Of a DNA stretch of 58,012 bases, positions 35,413-44,219 are shown in pieces. The notes under the pieces were generated by a model. That model was not told the origin of the DNA and did no database searches. It saw nothing but the letters and a program-made list of their open reading frames with translations. A program made the position numbers and the translations under genes. Source of the stretch: a virus (taxonomy: Duplodnaviria > Caudoviricetes); the IMG/VR virus record IMGVR_UViG_3300032213_001526, positions 1 through 58,012 of that record; one strand, written 5' to 3'. The first letter of the stretch is position 1. Every line of letters begins with the position of its first letter.

Positions 35413-38027
35413 CGACCCTTGTCGAGTTCTTGCGGAAGTATGATCGCTTTCAGCCTCGCGATGCAGATGGTCGATGGGCGACCGTTGGCGGCACTCCGGT
35501 GTTTGTGTCCAATGAGCGGACCCCGAAAGGCAGGCTCAAGGAGCGTACGGCTCGTGGTGTCGCGGCACTCGACGCCTTGCCAGAAGTAGAACGGCACGCC
35601 TCATGGAGCGGCGTGGTCAGGGCCAAGAAGGTCCATGAGTCTGTTGTTGCCGTACACGCCGCAAAGGAAGGGGACTTCCGAGGCAAGTACGACGAGGTTA
35701 AGACCCGCATGAAGGTGTCAGACGGCATTGCCACCGCGTACCGTCAGAACGGGTATACCAACGCGCTCCTTCGCGTTCGCAATGATGAGCCGGGAGACGC
35801 GGAAAGCTACCGAGAAGTCATTAAGTGGCGGAACGAAATAGACGGGTTGTTCAAAAAGCACGGCGTCACGCTCAAGCAGCCGATCACCGTGCATCGCGGG
35901 ATCAGTATCGGCGACGACAAGCTGGCTCGCGTAAAAGCCGGTGCCCACTACGTTGACCGTGGCTTTGTCAGTACCTCCGGTACCGATGACGCCAGCGCAT
36001 TGACGCATTTTGGGATGGCGGTCGCACGCATCACTATTCCAAAAGGCACGCGAGTCCTGCCAATTTTTACTGGCCGCGACCCATTTGTAGAAATCGTGCT
36101 GCCGCGTGACTCAGAGTTCAAGGTCATCGGTCGAATCAAGGGGCATGGCATCTCGCCGCTGTACAGTACGGACACCGTGTATGGGATCGCGGTCGAGATG
36201 GTTGCCAAGAGCAAGCGCCTGACCCGCGTGAAAGGCAAGCGCGTCGTCACCAAGGCGCATTCGGCGCACGACTGGATGTGGGACATGGACACCGTTGAGT
36301 GGCTGGAAGAGCCGTCGCTGGCAAAGAGCCTGCACGCCCTCGCCAAGCAGCGCCGCTGGCCGAAAGACACTCCCGGTGGCAAAGGTGGCGAGTTCGCGCC
36401 GGAAACTGGTGCGGGTGGCGGAAAGGCCGCTCTGCGAGATGCCATTCGCCGGAACTCGCTGGGTAAGCCGATCACCGCTGCCGACGCGAACCTCATTGAG
36501 GCGAACGCCAAGGCCGAGCGGAACGCCGCACGCGCACGGCAGGGTGCCAAGTCTCACCGTCCTGCGACCATATCGGAAATGGACCGAGACACGCTGGTCG
36601 CTACGGGGTTCACCATCAACTCTCTTGGGCACATCGCGGTCCAGTCGAGGTTTGCCGACAACAGTGGCGCGGCATCTGGCCCTTTGAGGAGCTTCCTTAA
36701 CGTGAGAGCGTTCGACCTCCACACTGACTATGTGCCACCGTCACTGACGTGGGCGGTAGGAGACCGAACGCTGGCTCGCGTAGAAGTGAAGTGGCCTGTC
36801 TACGTAGACATGGGAGACAAGGGGTATGCCTATCAGCGTGATGAGGCATCAAAAGCAAAAATGTCTCCTCGGTTTAACAGAGACCTTCGGCACGCAGCCG
36901 GTCTGTACATTGGGCAGTCTATCGACAACACTCCGTTCGTGTTCGCTATCAGCGATAAGGCCGGTATTCGGTTTGGGGAGCCGAGTACGCCCTATCGCCG
37001 CACAATGCCAAGCTCTGATGTGGACGACTCCGACGCTGAGGCCCCGAACGAGATGACTCGCCGGAGTAGCGGGACCGTGCGCCGTGGCGCAACGCGCCGC
37101 CGTGCCAAGCCAAAGGCCGACGCCTCCCGAACCGCCGAGAAGATCGTAGACGGCTTTATAATGTCGTACGAGACGGGGCGCGTCGATGATGACGCCTTCG
37201 GCAAAGGCATTGTCGGGTCCGACGTGCCGCTTCGTATGCTCAAAAGCGTCGGGCACCTCGGCATCAAGGCGCGTCTTGGAGCGCTGAAGCGGGACAGCTA
37301 CTCGCGGTCGGTGGATATGCACGCCGTGTTGACTACCACCAAGGGCGGGAACTCGGTTGGCAGTATGTCTCGGACGTTCGACATGGACACCAAGACTGTC
37401 AAGCACGATTACTTTGAGCTAGAAGACGCCTATCAGGGCAAGGACATCGCTAAGCACATCTTTGCGGCCTCTATTCCTGAGTACCAGAAGCTCGGCATGA
37501 AGAAGGTCAAGGTCGGCGCTGGCCTGTCGCGGGGCGGCTATGCGTGGCTCAAGTACGGGTTTGTGCCAGACCGCAATTCGATGGGCTACCTGATGAGCAA
37601 TCTTAGAAATATGGCAACGACCCCGGCGCGGAAGGCGGCGCTCAGGCTAGTCAAGGAGTCCGATCCAAAAACGCTATGGGCGCTGGCTGACAGTAAGGTC
37701 GGCAAGGAGATGCTGTCCGGTCGCGGCTGGAACGGCGTCCTTGACCTCGAAAACAAGGATCAGATGGACCGATTCAACGCCTACGTGGGCAAAGCCAAGC
37801 CGATCAAACGGAAGCGTCGTCCAGCAATGATGCGGGTCGGCAAGTCCGGCAACATGGTCATGGCCGAACTTCTCGACAACGACACGCCCCTCGACGCCAT
37901 GCAGATCGCGGTCTACCGGAGCAATGCGTACACGGCTGGCCTGACGCACGAGGAGGTCAACATGCTGTACCCGCCGCTGGTGACGACTGCTGTGGCCATG
38001 CGGGTTCGCGCCAACAACCTTCGGTAA
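35409..38027 (+). CDS. multidomain head-module protein: R-S-E ADP-ribosyltransferase + unknown domain + GNAT-like acetyltransferase
   Basis: Y...GY.N.LLR, TVHRG, DRGFVSTS, I.IPKG, EIVLPRDS.FKV; later F.LEDAYQGKDIA and GGYAWLKYGF; two short PRD/PK...G[RE][WF] motifs. Confidence 0.8.
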   Translation: MTTLVEFLRKYDRFQPRDADGRWATVGGTPVFVSNERTPKGRLKERTARGVAALDALPEVERHASWSGVVRAKKVHESVVAVHAAKEGDFRGKYDEVKTRMKVSDGIATAYRQNGYTNALLRVRNDEPGDAESYREVIKWRNEIDGLFKKHGVTLKQPITVHRGISIGDDKLARVKAGAHYVDRGFVSTSGTDDASALTHFGMAVARITIPKGTRVLPIFTGRDPFVEIVLPRDSEFKVIGRIKGHGISPLYSTDTVYGIAVEMVAKSKRLTRVKGKRVVTKAHSAHDWMWDMDTVEWLEEPSLAKSLHALAKQRRWPKDTPGGKGGEFAPETGAGGGKAALRDAIRRNSLGKPITAADANLIEANAKAERNAARARQGAKSHRPATISEMDRDTLVATGFTINSLGHIAVQSRFADNSGAASGPLRSFLNVRAFDLHTDYVPPSLTWAVGDRTLARVEVKWPVYVDMGDKGYAYQRDEASKAKMSPRFNRDLRHAAGLYIGQSIDNTPFVFAISDKAGIRFGEPSTPYRRTMPSSDVDDSDAEAPNEMTRRSSGTVRRGATRRRAKPKADASRTAEKIVDGFIMSYETGRVDDDAFGKGIVGSDVPLRMLKSVGHLGIKARLGALKRDSYSRSVDMHAVLTTTKGGNSVGSMSRTFDMDTKTVKHDYFELEDAYQGKDIAKHIFAASIPEYQKLGMKKVKVGAGLSRGGYAWLKYGFVPDRNSMGYLMSNLRNMATTPARKAALRLVKESDPKTLWALADSKVGKEMLSGRGWNGVLDLENKDQMDRFNAYVGKAKPIKRKRRPAMMRVGKSGNMVMAELLDNDTPLDAMQIAVYRSNAYTAGLTHEEVNMLYPPLVTTAVAMRVRANNLR

Positions 38028-38069
38028 TCGTCAAAAGCAGAGACGAGCCGTTCACCCTACGGAGCAAAC

Positions 38070-38909
38070 ATGAACGCTAAGGAATTTGCCGCCGACCTAC
38101 TGAACATCGTGGCGGACGCATTGCCAGACGACTTCCCTGCCAGCGACGAGCTTATGCAGGAGGTCGATGACTTGGTCGAGAAGTTCTTGGAGCCGACGAT
38201 CCCCGTCATGAAGTTCGACGAGGACAAGCGGATCGTGTACGGTTGGGCGTCGGTCATCTCCAAGAACGGCCAGCAGATCGAAGACCGTCAAGGTGACGTG
38301 ATCGACGTGGACGACCTCCGCTCGGCGATCCATGACTTCATGAAGCACCGGACCGCTGGCGACATGCACGGTCAGATGGGCGTCGGCGAAGTCGTGGAGT
38401 CGATCTTGCTTGACGCCTCAGTCCAGAAGTCCCTTGGCATCGACCTCGGCATGGAAGGCTGGTACGTCGGCGTCCACGTCCCGAACGACGCCGTGTGGGA
38501 AAAGGTGAAAAGCGGCGTCTACAAGGCGTTTTCTATCGGCGGCAGTGCGACCCGTGAGCCGGTCACGTCTGAGGATGCGACCAAGTTCCTTGTCGTGAAA
38601 GGCCAAGGCCACATGAAGGCAATGGGCGACGGCACGCCGGACAAGAAGAGCGGCTGCAAGTGCGGTAAGTCGCCGTGCAAGTGCAAGAAAGGCGAGTACG
38701 CCAAGTCTGGCTCGTACGGCAAGATGCCGTGCAAGTGCGGTAAGTCGCCGTGCAAGTGCAAGAAGGTTGCTAAGTTTAACCCGAACCACGATGCCGCTGC
38801 GGGTCCGGACATGAGCAGGAAGCCGAGCGGGAACGCTGGCAATCCGAAGCCACTCGCAGCCAAGAAGCCAAAGGCAGCGGCCCCGGCCAAGTGGCGCACC
38901 AACAACTGA
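38070..38909 (+). CDS. XkdF-like prohead serine protease with a Cys-rich C-terminal tail
   Basis: KRIVYGWA, DRQGD, DMH, VVES, GWYVG, VWEKVKSG.YKAFSIGG. Confidence 0.85.
   Translation: MNAKEFAADLLNIVADALPDDFPASDELMQEVDDLVEKFLEPTIPVMKFDEDKRIVYGWASVISKNGQQIEDRQGDVIDVDDLRSAIHDFMKHRTAGDMHGQMGVGEVVESILLDASVQKSLGIDLGMEGWYVGVHVPNDAVWEKVKSGVYKAFSIGGSATREPVTSEDATKFLVVKGQGHMKAMGDGTPDKKSGCKCGKSPCKCKKGEYAKSGSYGKMPCKCGKSPCKCKKVAKFNPNHDAAAGPDMSRKPSGNAGNPKPLAAKKPKAAAPAKWRTNN
38655..38764 (+). repeat. 35-bp exact direct repeat (38655..38689 and 38730..38764) encoding CKCGKSPCKCKK
   Basis: tgcaagtgcggtaagtcgccgtgcaagtgcaagaa x2. Confidence 0.95.
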
Positions 38910-38933
38910 CTGCACTTACCCACTGAGGATCAC

Positions 38934-39677
38934 ATGGCAACACGACTCAAGAAGCTGCGACTGACCGAACTTTCGTTGGTGGATAGCCCCGCCAACGCCG
39001 ACGCTGTGGTCACGCTCGCCAAGCGGTACGACGAGGAAGAGATTGAGAAGGACGCCTCCGACGAGGGGGCTGAAGACGAAATGGAGATGGACGAGGAGAT
39101 GGAAGAGGGCTTTGACGATAGTGAGGCTGACGAAACAGACCTTAGCCTCGTCGAAGAGGGAGACAGCGATTCAACCACTACTGAGGACGACAGCATGAGC
39201 AAGGCAGCCACTGAGTATCAGGACAAGCAGGGCGAGTCGGCGGAGGACGTAATGAAGAACCTCCCCGAGTCAGTCCGGAAGATGATCGAGGATGCGACTG
39301 CGGCTGCCACTGCTGCCACGGAGCAGGTCGCCAAGATGCAGGAAGAGAAGGCCCAGACTGAAGCCATTGCCAAGGCGACGAGTATTGTCGGCAAGGCGTC
39401 GGGCAAAGTCGATCTGGTCGCCTCGCTCCTGCGTAAGGCGAACGCCGACGAAGCTGCCGAGATTGAGCGCGTGTTCAAGGCGCACAACGCGGCCCTTGAC
39501 GCGGCGCAGACGTTTGCGGCTGTGGGGGACCTCGGCTCGGACTCGGATGACGCCTCGCGCATCACCAAGCACGCCGACGAACTTCGGAAGAGCAACCCGA
39601 AGCTCACGCGGGAACAGGCTATCGCCAAGGCGATGGAAGAGAATCCCGACGCCTACGAAGCCACCCTCAGCTACTAA
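38934..39677 (+). CDS. capsid scaffolding protein with a protease-like N-terminal motif
   Basis: ELSLVDSPAN start, acidic linker, coiled-coil, LTREQAIAKA..ENP..Y end; lies between protease and capsid genes. Confidence 0.75.
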   Translation: MATRLKKLRLTELSLVDSPANADAVVTLAKRYDEEEIEKDASDEGAEDEMEMDEEMEEGFDDSEADETDLSLVEEGDSDSTTTEDDSMSKAATEYQDKQGESAEDVMKNLPESVRKMIEDATAAATAATEQVAKMQEEKAQTEAIAKATSIVGKASGKVDLVASLLRKANADEAAEIERVFKAHNAALDAAQTFAAVGDLGSDSDDASRITKHADELRKSNPKLTREQAIAKAMEENPDAYEATLSY

Positions 39678-39689
39678 GGAGACTTAGAC

Positions 39690-40067
39690 ATGGCATACGA
39701 ACTTATTAGTTTTAAGACGGGTACGCTGGTTGCAGCAGCTGACCTGTCGGCTCTCCAGTACACGTTTGTCACGCTTGACTCGGCGGGGAAAGTCGTGGCA
39801 AACACGACCAGCGGCGGCAAGGTGCTTGGAGTTCTTCAGAACCGTCCCAAGGCTGGCGAGCCGTGCGAAATCGTTCATGAAGGAATCTGCCCTGTGCTGG
39901 CTGGCGCGGCGATTGCGTCATGTGGCACAGTGATGTCAAACGGATCGGGCAAGGCTATTGCCTCGGCTACGACTGGTTCATCTATCGTGGGGTACGCGCT
40001 GGAAACAGCGGCTGCCGCGAACGAAGTGATTTCGGTGCTTGTCAACTGCGCCAGCGGCGTCGTCTAA
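39690..40067 (+). CDS. head decoration/cement protein (DUF2190-like)
   Basis: AAADL...QY.FV, GVLQN.P.AG, G.ALE.A; directly upstream of the major capsid gene. Confidence 0.75.
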   Translation: MAYELISFKTGTLVAAADLSALQYTFVTLDSAGKVVANTTSGGKVLGVLQNRPKAGEPCEIVHEGICPVLAGAAIASCGTVMSNGSGKAIASATTGSSIVGYALETAAAANEVISVLVNCASGVV

Positions 40068-40088
40068 CCCAACGGAGAACTACAGAAC

Positions 40089-41051
40089 ATGACGAACATT
40101 CGTAAGGCACGCCCCACGCCGGGTGATGTGCATGTTAATGCTCCGCTGACGAACGTCGCAGTGGCGTGGTGGCAGACGCAGACTAACTACGTGGCTGATC
40201 AGATTTTCCCGATCATCCCCGTGGCGAAGCAGAGCGACCTGTACTACAAGTGGAACAAGGAAGAACTTCTCCGTGACGAAGCGGCGCCTCGCGCTCCGGG
40301 TACGGAATCGGCGGGTGGTCGCTTGTCTGTCTCGACGGACAACTACTCGACCAAGGTCGAAGCGTTCCACAAGGACATCGACGACCAGCTTCGCGAGAAC
40401 GCGGACTCGGTGCTGGCCCTCGACTCGTCGGCTACCCGTTTTGTCGCGCAGAAACTTCTGACGCGCCGTGAAACAGCGTTCTTCGCGAAGTATTTCACGA
40501 CTGGCGTGTGGGGCACGGATGCCTCGCCGTCGACGAAGTGGAACGCCGCCAGCTCTACCCCGCGTGCGGACGTAGACGCTGCCAAGATGAAGATTCTCGG
40601 CGACACTGGCTTTATGCCGAACGTCCTCGTGATCGGACCGTACGTGTTGACGGGTCTCCGCAGCAACGCGGAAGTCCGCGACCAGTTCAAGTACGTGTCG
40701 GCGGATTCCATCGACACGGCAATGCTGGCTCGCTTCTTCGGGGTTGACCGTGTAGTCGTGTCCAACGCGGTCAGCACGACGACCAAGGAAGGGGCTGCTA
40801 CGCAGACTACTGGCTTCCTCGCTGGCAAGCACGCGCTCCTGATGTACGCGGCCCCGTCTCCGTCGATCCTTGAGCCGTCCGCTGGGTACATCTTCAACTG
40901 GACCGGCAACACGGGTTCGCTGGCCGGTATGCGGATTAAGCGCTTCCGCATGGAGCATCTGGCGTCTGACCGTATTGAGGGCGAAATGGCGTACGACTTT
41001 AAGGTCGTGGCCACGGAACTCGGGTACATGATGAACGCCGCTGTGTCCTGA
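40089..41051 (+). CDS. major capsid protein
   Basis: 320 aa; VH....LTN.AV, ADQIFP..PV.KQ, PN.LVIG; strong codon bias; followed by a terminator. Confidence 0.85.
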   Translation: MTNIRKARPTPGDVHVNAPLTNVAVAWWQTQTNYVADQIFPIIPVAKQSDLYYKWNKEELLRDEAAPRAPGTESAGGRLSVSTDNYSTKVEAFHKDIDDQLRENADSVLALDSSATRFVAQKLLTRRETAFFAKYFTTGVWGTDASPSTKWNAASSTPRADVDAAKMKILGDTGFMPNVLVIGPYVLTGLRSNAEVRDQFKYVSADSIDTAMLARFFGVDRVVVSNAVSTTTKEGAATQTTGFLAGKHALLMYAAPSPSILEPSAGYIFNWTGNTGSLAGMRIKRFRMEHLASDRIEGEMAYDFKVVATELGYMMNAAVS

Positions 41052-41073
41052 TCTGCGATAACGCTGTATGTTG

Positions 41074-41110
41074 AGTGGCCACCCGCAACGGTGGCCACTT
41101 TTCATTTCTT
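41074..41110 (+). terminator. intrinsic terminator after the capsid gene
   Basis: agtggccacc/ggtggccact stem followed by tttcatttctt. Confidence 0.75.
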
Positions 41111-41125
41111 CAACCCCTGTGTATC

Positions 41126-41356
41126 ATGGCACACCTCAAAGCTGGCCTCTTTGCCAAGATTCAATTCACGGTCAACGGCACTACGTATGGACGCGATCAG
41201 GAAATCCCCGTGGACGAGTTCACGGCGTGGGCACCGGACTCTCTCTCAAATCGCCTGAATAACCAGCACGTCGAGTTCCGCGCCAAGGCCGTGGAAGAGG
41301 AAGTGGCCTCCGCCGAAGCCAAGGCGTCGAAGAAGAAGGAAGCCCCAACCGAGTAA
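41126..41356 (+). CDS. small hypothetical head-region protein
   Basis: F.VNG.TY......P pattern common after capsid genes. Confidence 0.65.
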   Translation: MAHLKAGLFAKIQFTVNGTTYGRDQEIPVDEFTAWAPDSLSNRLNNQHVEFRAKAVEEEVASAEAKASKKKEAPTE

Positions 41357-41389
41357 CCTCTGTCCTGACCTCACTGCCCCGAGCAACGT

Positions 41390-41962
41390 ATGAGCCTCAC
41401 ACTTGAAGATGGCTCCGGCGTCGCCGGGGCAGTGTCGTTTGTCCAAGCGTCGTTTGCGGACACGTTTCATGCCGCACGCGGAAACTCGGCGTGGACCGGC
41501 ACCGAGGCCGTCAAAGAAGCAGCCCTCGTTCGCGCCTTTGACTACCTCTCGAACGAGAAGCGGTACCGGTATCGTGGCACCCGCTCCACAACCACGCAGG
41601 TCGCGCCGTTCCCTCGCACAGGCTGCACGGAGCTTGGCGGATCAGCCGAGTACGCCGCGACCGATATCCCGTGGCGCATGAAGCACGCGCAGTGCGTCGC
41701 AGCACTAGCGGCGCTGACTGGCGAGTTAGAGTTGGCACTGGACCGTGGTGGAGCTATCACGTCAGAGTCAGTTGGCCCAATTTCTACCAGTTACGCCGCT
41801 GACGCACCGCGTGAGACGGTCTACACTGGCGTAGACGGCATCTTAGAGCCGCTGCTGTGGGGCAGCTATGCGTGGCGCGATTCGACGCCGTACATGACTG
41901 AGGCCGAAGTTGAAGACGAGTTCACAAGCGGCACGTACGACAACACGGGTCGCATCCTGTGA
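41390..41962 (+). CDS. head-tail adaptor (so-called DnaT-like family)
   Basis: EDGSGV.GA.SF, KEAALVRA.DYL, Q...FPR, IP..MK.AQC, E.VGPI...Y. Confidence 0.75.
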   Translation: MSLTLEDGSGVAGAVSFVQASFADTFHAARGNSAWTGTEAVKEAALVRAFDYLSNEKRYRYRGTRSTTTQVAPFPRTGCTELGGSAEYAATDIPWRMKHAQCVAALAALTGELELALDRGGAITSESVGPISTSYAADAPRETVYTGVDGILEPLLWGSYAWRDSTPYMTEAEVEDEFTSGTYDNTGRIL

Positions 41963-42333
41963 GTTATGCCGCGCAGACGACACTGGCGATCCGGCTCTTG
42001 TCAGCCAAGGGCGCTCCGGCCACGATTACGAAGCTGATCACGACGGCCATCGCCGTGTCGACGGACACGCCTACGTCGTACACGCTGTCAATGGGCGTCG
42101 TGGCCGTTGTCCTGCCAGCCAGCGGCTCGCAGGCGGACACGTTTGAGGCTCGCACGATGATTCGGCAGAAGTACCGGACGGTCTACTTTTCGGCCCCTGT
42201 CTGGACGTTCCTGTGCGTCGGTGGCGAGACCATTAACTTCGGCGACGGTGACTGGGTGCTGTCCGGAGTCTCGCCGCTGGCACCGGACAACGGCTCGCCG
42301 ATCATGTACACGGCCAACGCCGAGCGGGTGTAA
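41959..42333 (+). CDS. head closure/stopper protein
   Basis: position; A.RLL..KG start; beta-rich. Confidence 0.65.
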   Translation: MSYAAQTTLAIRLLSAKGAPATITKLITTAIAVSTDTPTSYTLSMGVVAVVLPASGSQADTFEARTMIRQKYRTVYFSAPVWTFLCVGGETINFGDGDWVLSGVSPLAPDNGSPIMYTANAERV

Positions 42334-42770
42334 TGCCGGTGAGCATCGAAAAGTTCGACATTGACGTGCGGAAGCTCCAGAAGCGCGTCCCCGTTATTGC
42401 CACCAAGGTCTATCGTGATCTCTGTCTGGACGTTGTTGAAGCAGCGGTGGTCGGCAACGATGCGTACGGTTGCCCCGGCACACCAGTCGATCAAGGCTTT
42501 GCACGCGGCTCGTGGGTCGTCTCACTCGGGAAGCCAGCTTCCAAGGGTCCGTCAAATCCAGAGAAAGACGCCACGGTGGCACTCGACTCCGCGAAGATTC
42601 TCACAGCGACACTCGACCAGCCGGTCCATGTGACCAGCTTTGCCCCGTATATGAGGAGGCTGGAATACGAAGGTTGGTCGAGTCAGGCACCAAGCGGGTT
42701 CGTGCGCCTCGCAATAAAGGCCGGTAAACACATGCTGCGTCGTATTCTTGCAAAGGGAGTAAAAGCCTGA
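42333..42770 (+). CDS. HK97 gp10-like tail completion protein
   Basis: TPVDQG.ARGSW, PY..RLEY.G.S.QAP.G.VR. Confidence 0.8.
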   Translation: MPVSIEKFDIDVRKLQKRVPVIATKVYRDLCLDVVEAAVVGNDAYGCPGTPVDQGFARGSWVVSLGKPASKGPSNPEKDATVALDSAKILTATLDQPVHVTSFAPYMRRLEYEGWSSQAPSGFVRLAIKAGKHMLRRILAKGVKA

Positions 42771-43189
42771 TGGCTGGCGTTGACTCACTCGTTCGCGCCA
42801 TGCTGCGCGAAAAGCTCCTGACACTGACGAGCGTCCCGCCTGTCGCGTGGGAAGGCTACGAGTACACGCCAGTTGTCGGGACCACGTACTTTCGCGAGAC
42901 GCTGAACCTTCAAGACCAGCGTGTGACCTCATTGGGTCGCTACGCTCGTCTAAAGCACGAAGGCGTGTGGATGCTTGACATTTACACGCCGGGGAACAAA
43001 GGACTGGCTCTTGCGGACGACTGGGCGGATAAGGTCAAGACGCACTTCGCGCCGGGAACAGTGCTTACAAAAAGCGGGACCACGTTGCGGTTCAGCCGTG
43101 CCTTCGCTGGTCCGGCGCTCACCTCGCCACAGTGGACTATGCGCCCTTGTATGATCGACTGGTTTACTGAGTCCACGAACACTGCCTGA
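42770..43189 (+). CDS. tail terminator protein
   Basis: VAWE...Y.P, G...LDIY.P...G, AD.VK.HF; precedes the tail tube gene. Confidence 0.7.
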   Translation: MAGVDSLVRAMLREKLLTLTSVPPVAWEGYEYTPVVGTTYFRETLNLQDQRVTSLGRYARLKHEGVWMLDIYTPGNKGLALADDWADKVKTHFAPGTVLTKSGTTLRFSRAFAGPALTSPQWTMRPCMIDWFTESTNTA

Positions 43190-43201
43190 CGGAGAACAGC
43201 C

Positions 43202-44119
43202 ATGCCTGTAGCAACTAGTAACCGCGCACAATTCACGTACATCCCCGAAGTCACGTACGGTGTAACTCCCGGCGTTGGCACAATGAAAATTGTGCGTTAC
43301 ACGGGTGAGTCGGTTGACAACAACTACTCGTTCACCGAGTCAGCAGAAATCATCTCCGACCGCATGACAACGGACATGGTCCGCGTTGGCGCGGGTGCAG
43401 CTGGCGACGTAAACTTTGAACTCTCGTACGGCATGTTCGACGAGTGGTTTGAAGGGGCGGCGGGTGGCACATGGACGACGAACGTGCTCAAGACCGGCAC
43501 CACGGCACGCTCGTTTACACTGGAAAAGCAGTTCCTCGACATTACGCAGTTTCTCGCGTTTCCGGGTCAGCGTATCGACACGATGCGCTTGGAGCTTCGG
43601 TCAGGCCAGATCGCGACTGGCTCGTTCGGCTTCGTCGGTCGTCAGTCAATCGCAATGGCTGCTACGACGGTCCGCGCTGGCACGACGGCTGCCACAACGA
43701 ACACGGTCATGGCTCCCGTGGACAGCTTGTCTGTTCTCACGGAAGGTGGCTCGGCTATGGCGGGGTGTTCCGAACTCACCATGTCGCTGTCGAACTCGCT
43801 GCGACCGCTCAACGTCATTAACTCGGCAGACCCGCTTGACATCAACGCTGGCCGTCAGCGGCTGACAGGGACGTTGATGATCTACTTTGAGAACGCGACG
43901 CTGTTTGCCAAGTTCCGCTCGCTGGCGACCACGGCTCTCGTCGCCAAGATTGGCGGCGCGTCCACGCTCAACTACAATTTCTTGATCCCGAAGGTCAAGA
44001 TCACCAAAGCGACCATCGTTGCGGGTGGCGGCGATCAGGATTTGATGGTTGCCTGCGAGTGGACAGCCCTCAAGGACACCACCGAAGGCTCGCTGTATAC
44101 GATCACGCGCACGCCGTAA
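43202..44119 (+). CDS. major tail tube protein
   Basis: E.TYG.TP, S.EI..DR, GDVNFELS, SFTLEK.F.D, G.L..YFE. Confidence 0.85.
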   Translation: MPVATSNRAQFTYIPEVTYGVTPGVGTMKIVRYTGESVDNNYSFTESAEIISDRMTTDMVRVGAGAAGDVNFELSYGMFDEWFEGAAGGTWTTNVLKTGTTARSFTLEKQFLDITQFLAFPGQRIDTMRLELRSGQIATGSFGFVGRQSIAMAATTVRAGTTAATTNTVMAPVDSLSVLTEGGSAMAGCSELTMSLSNSLRPLNVINSADPLDINAGRQRLTGTLMIYFENATLFAKFRSLATTALVAKIGGASTLNYNFLIPKVKITKATIVAGGGDQDLMVACEWTALKDTTEGSLYTITRTP

Positions 44120-44132
44120 TCGTCGAATAGCG

Positions 44133-44176
44133 TTGACGCAACGGGGCGACTGGCTATCATTAGCAGTCGCCCCGTT
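44133..44176 (+). promoter_or_regulatory. 13-bp hairpin overlapping a putative promoter
   Basis: stem 44140..44152/44164..44176; TTGACG-16bp-TATCAT with the -10 in the loop. Confidence 0.55.
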
Positions 44177-44219
44177 TGCATTTGCAGGACGCAGGAAACC
44201 CCCACTTACCGAGGTTTGC

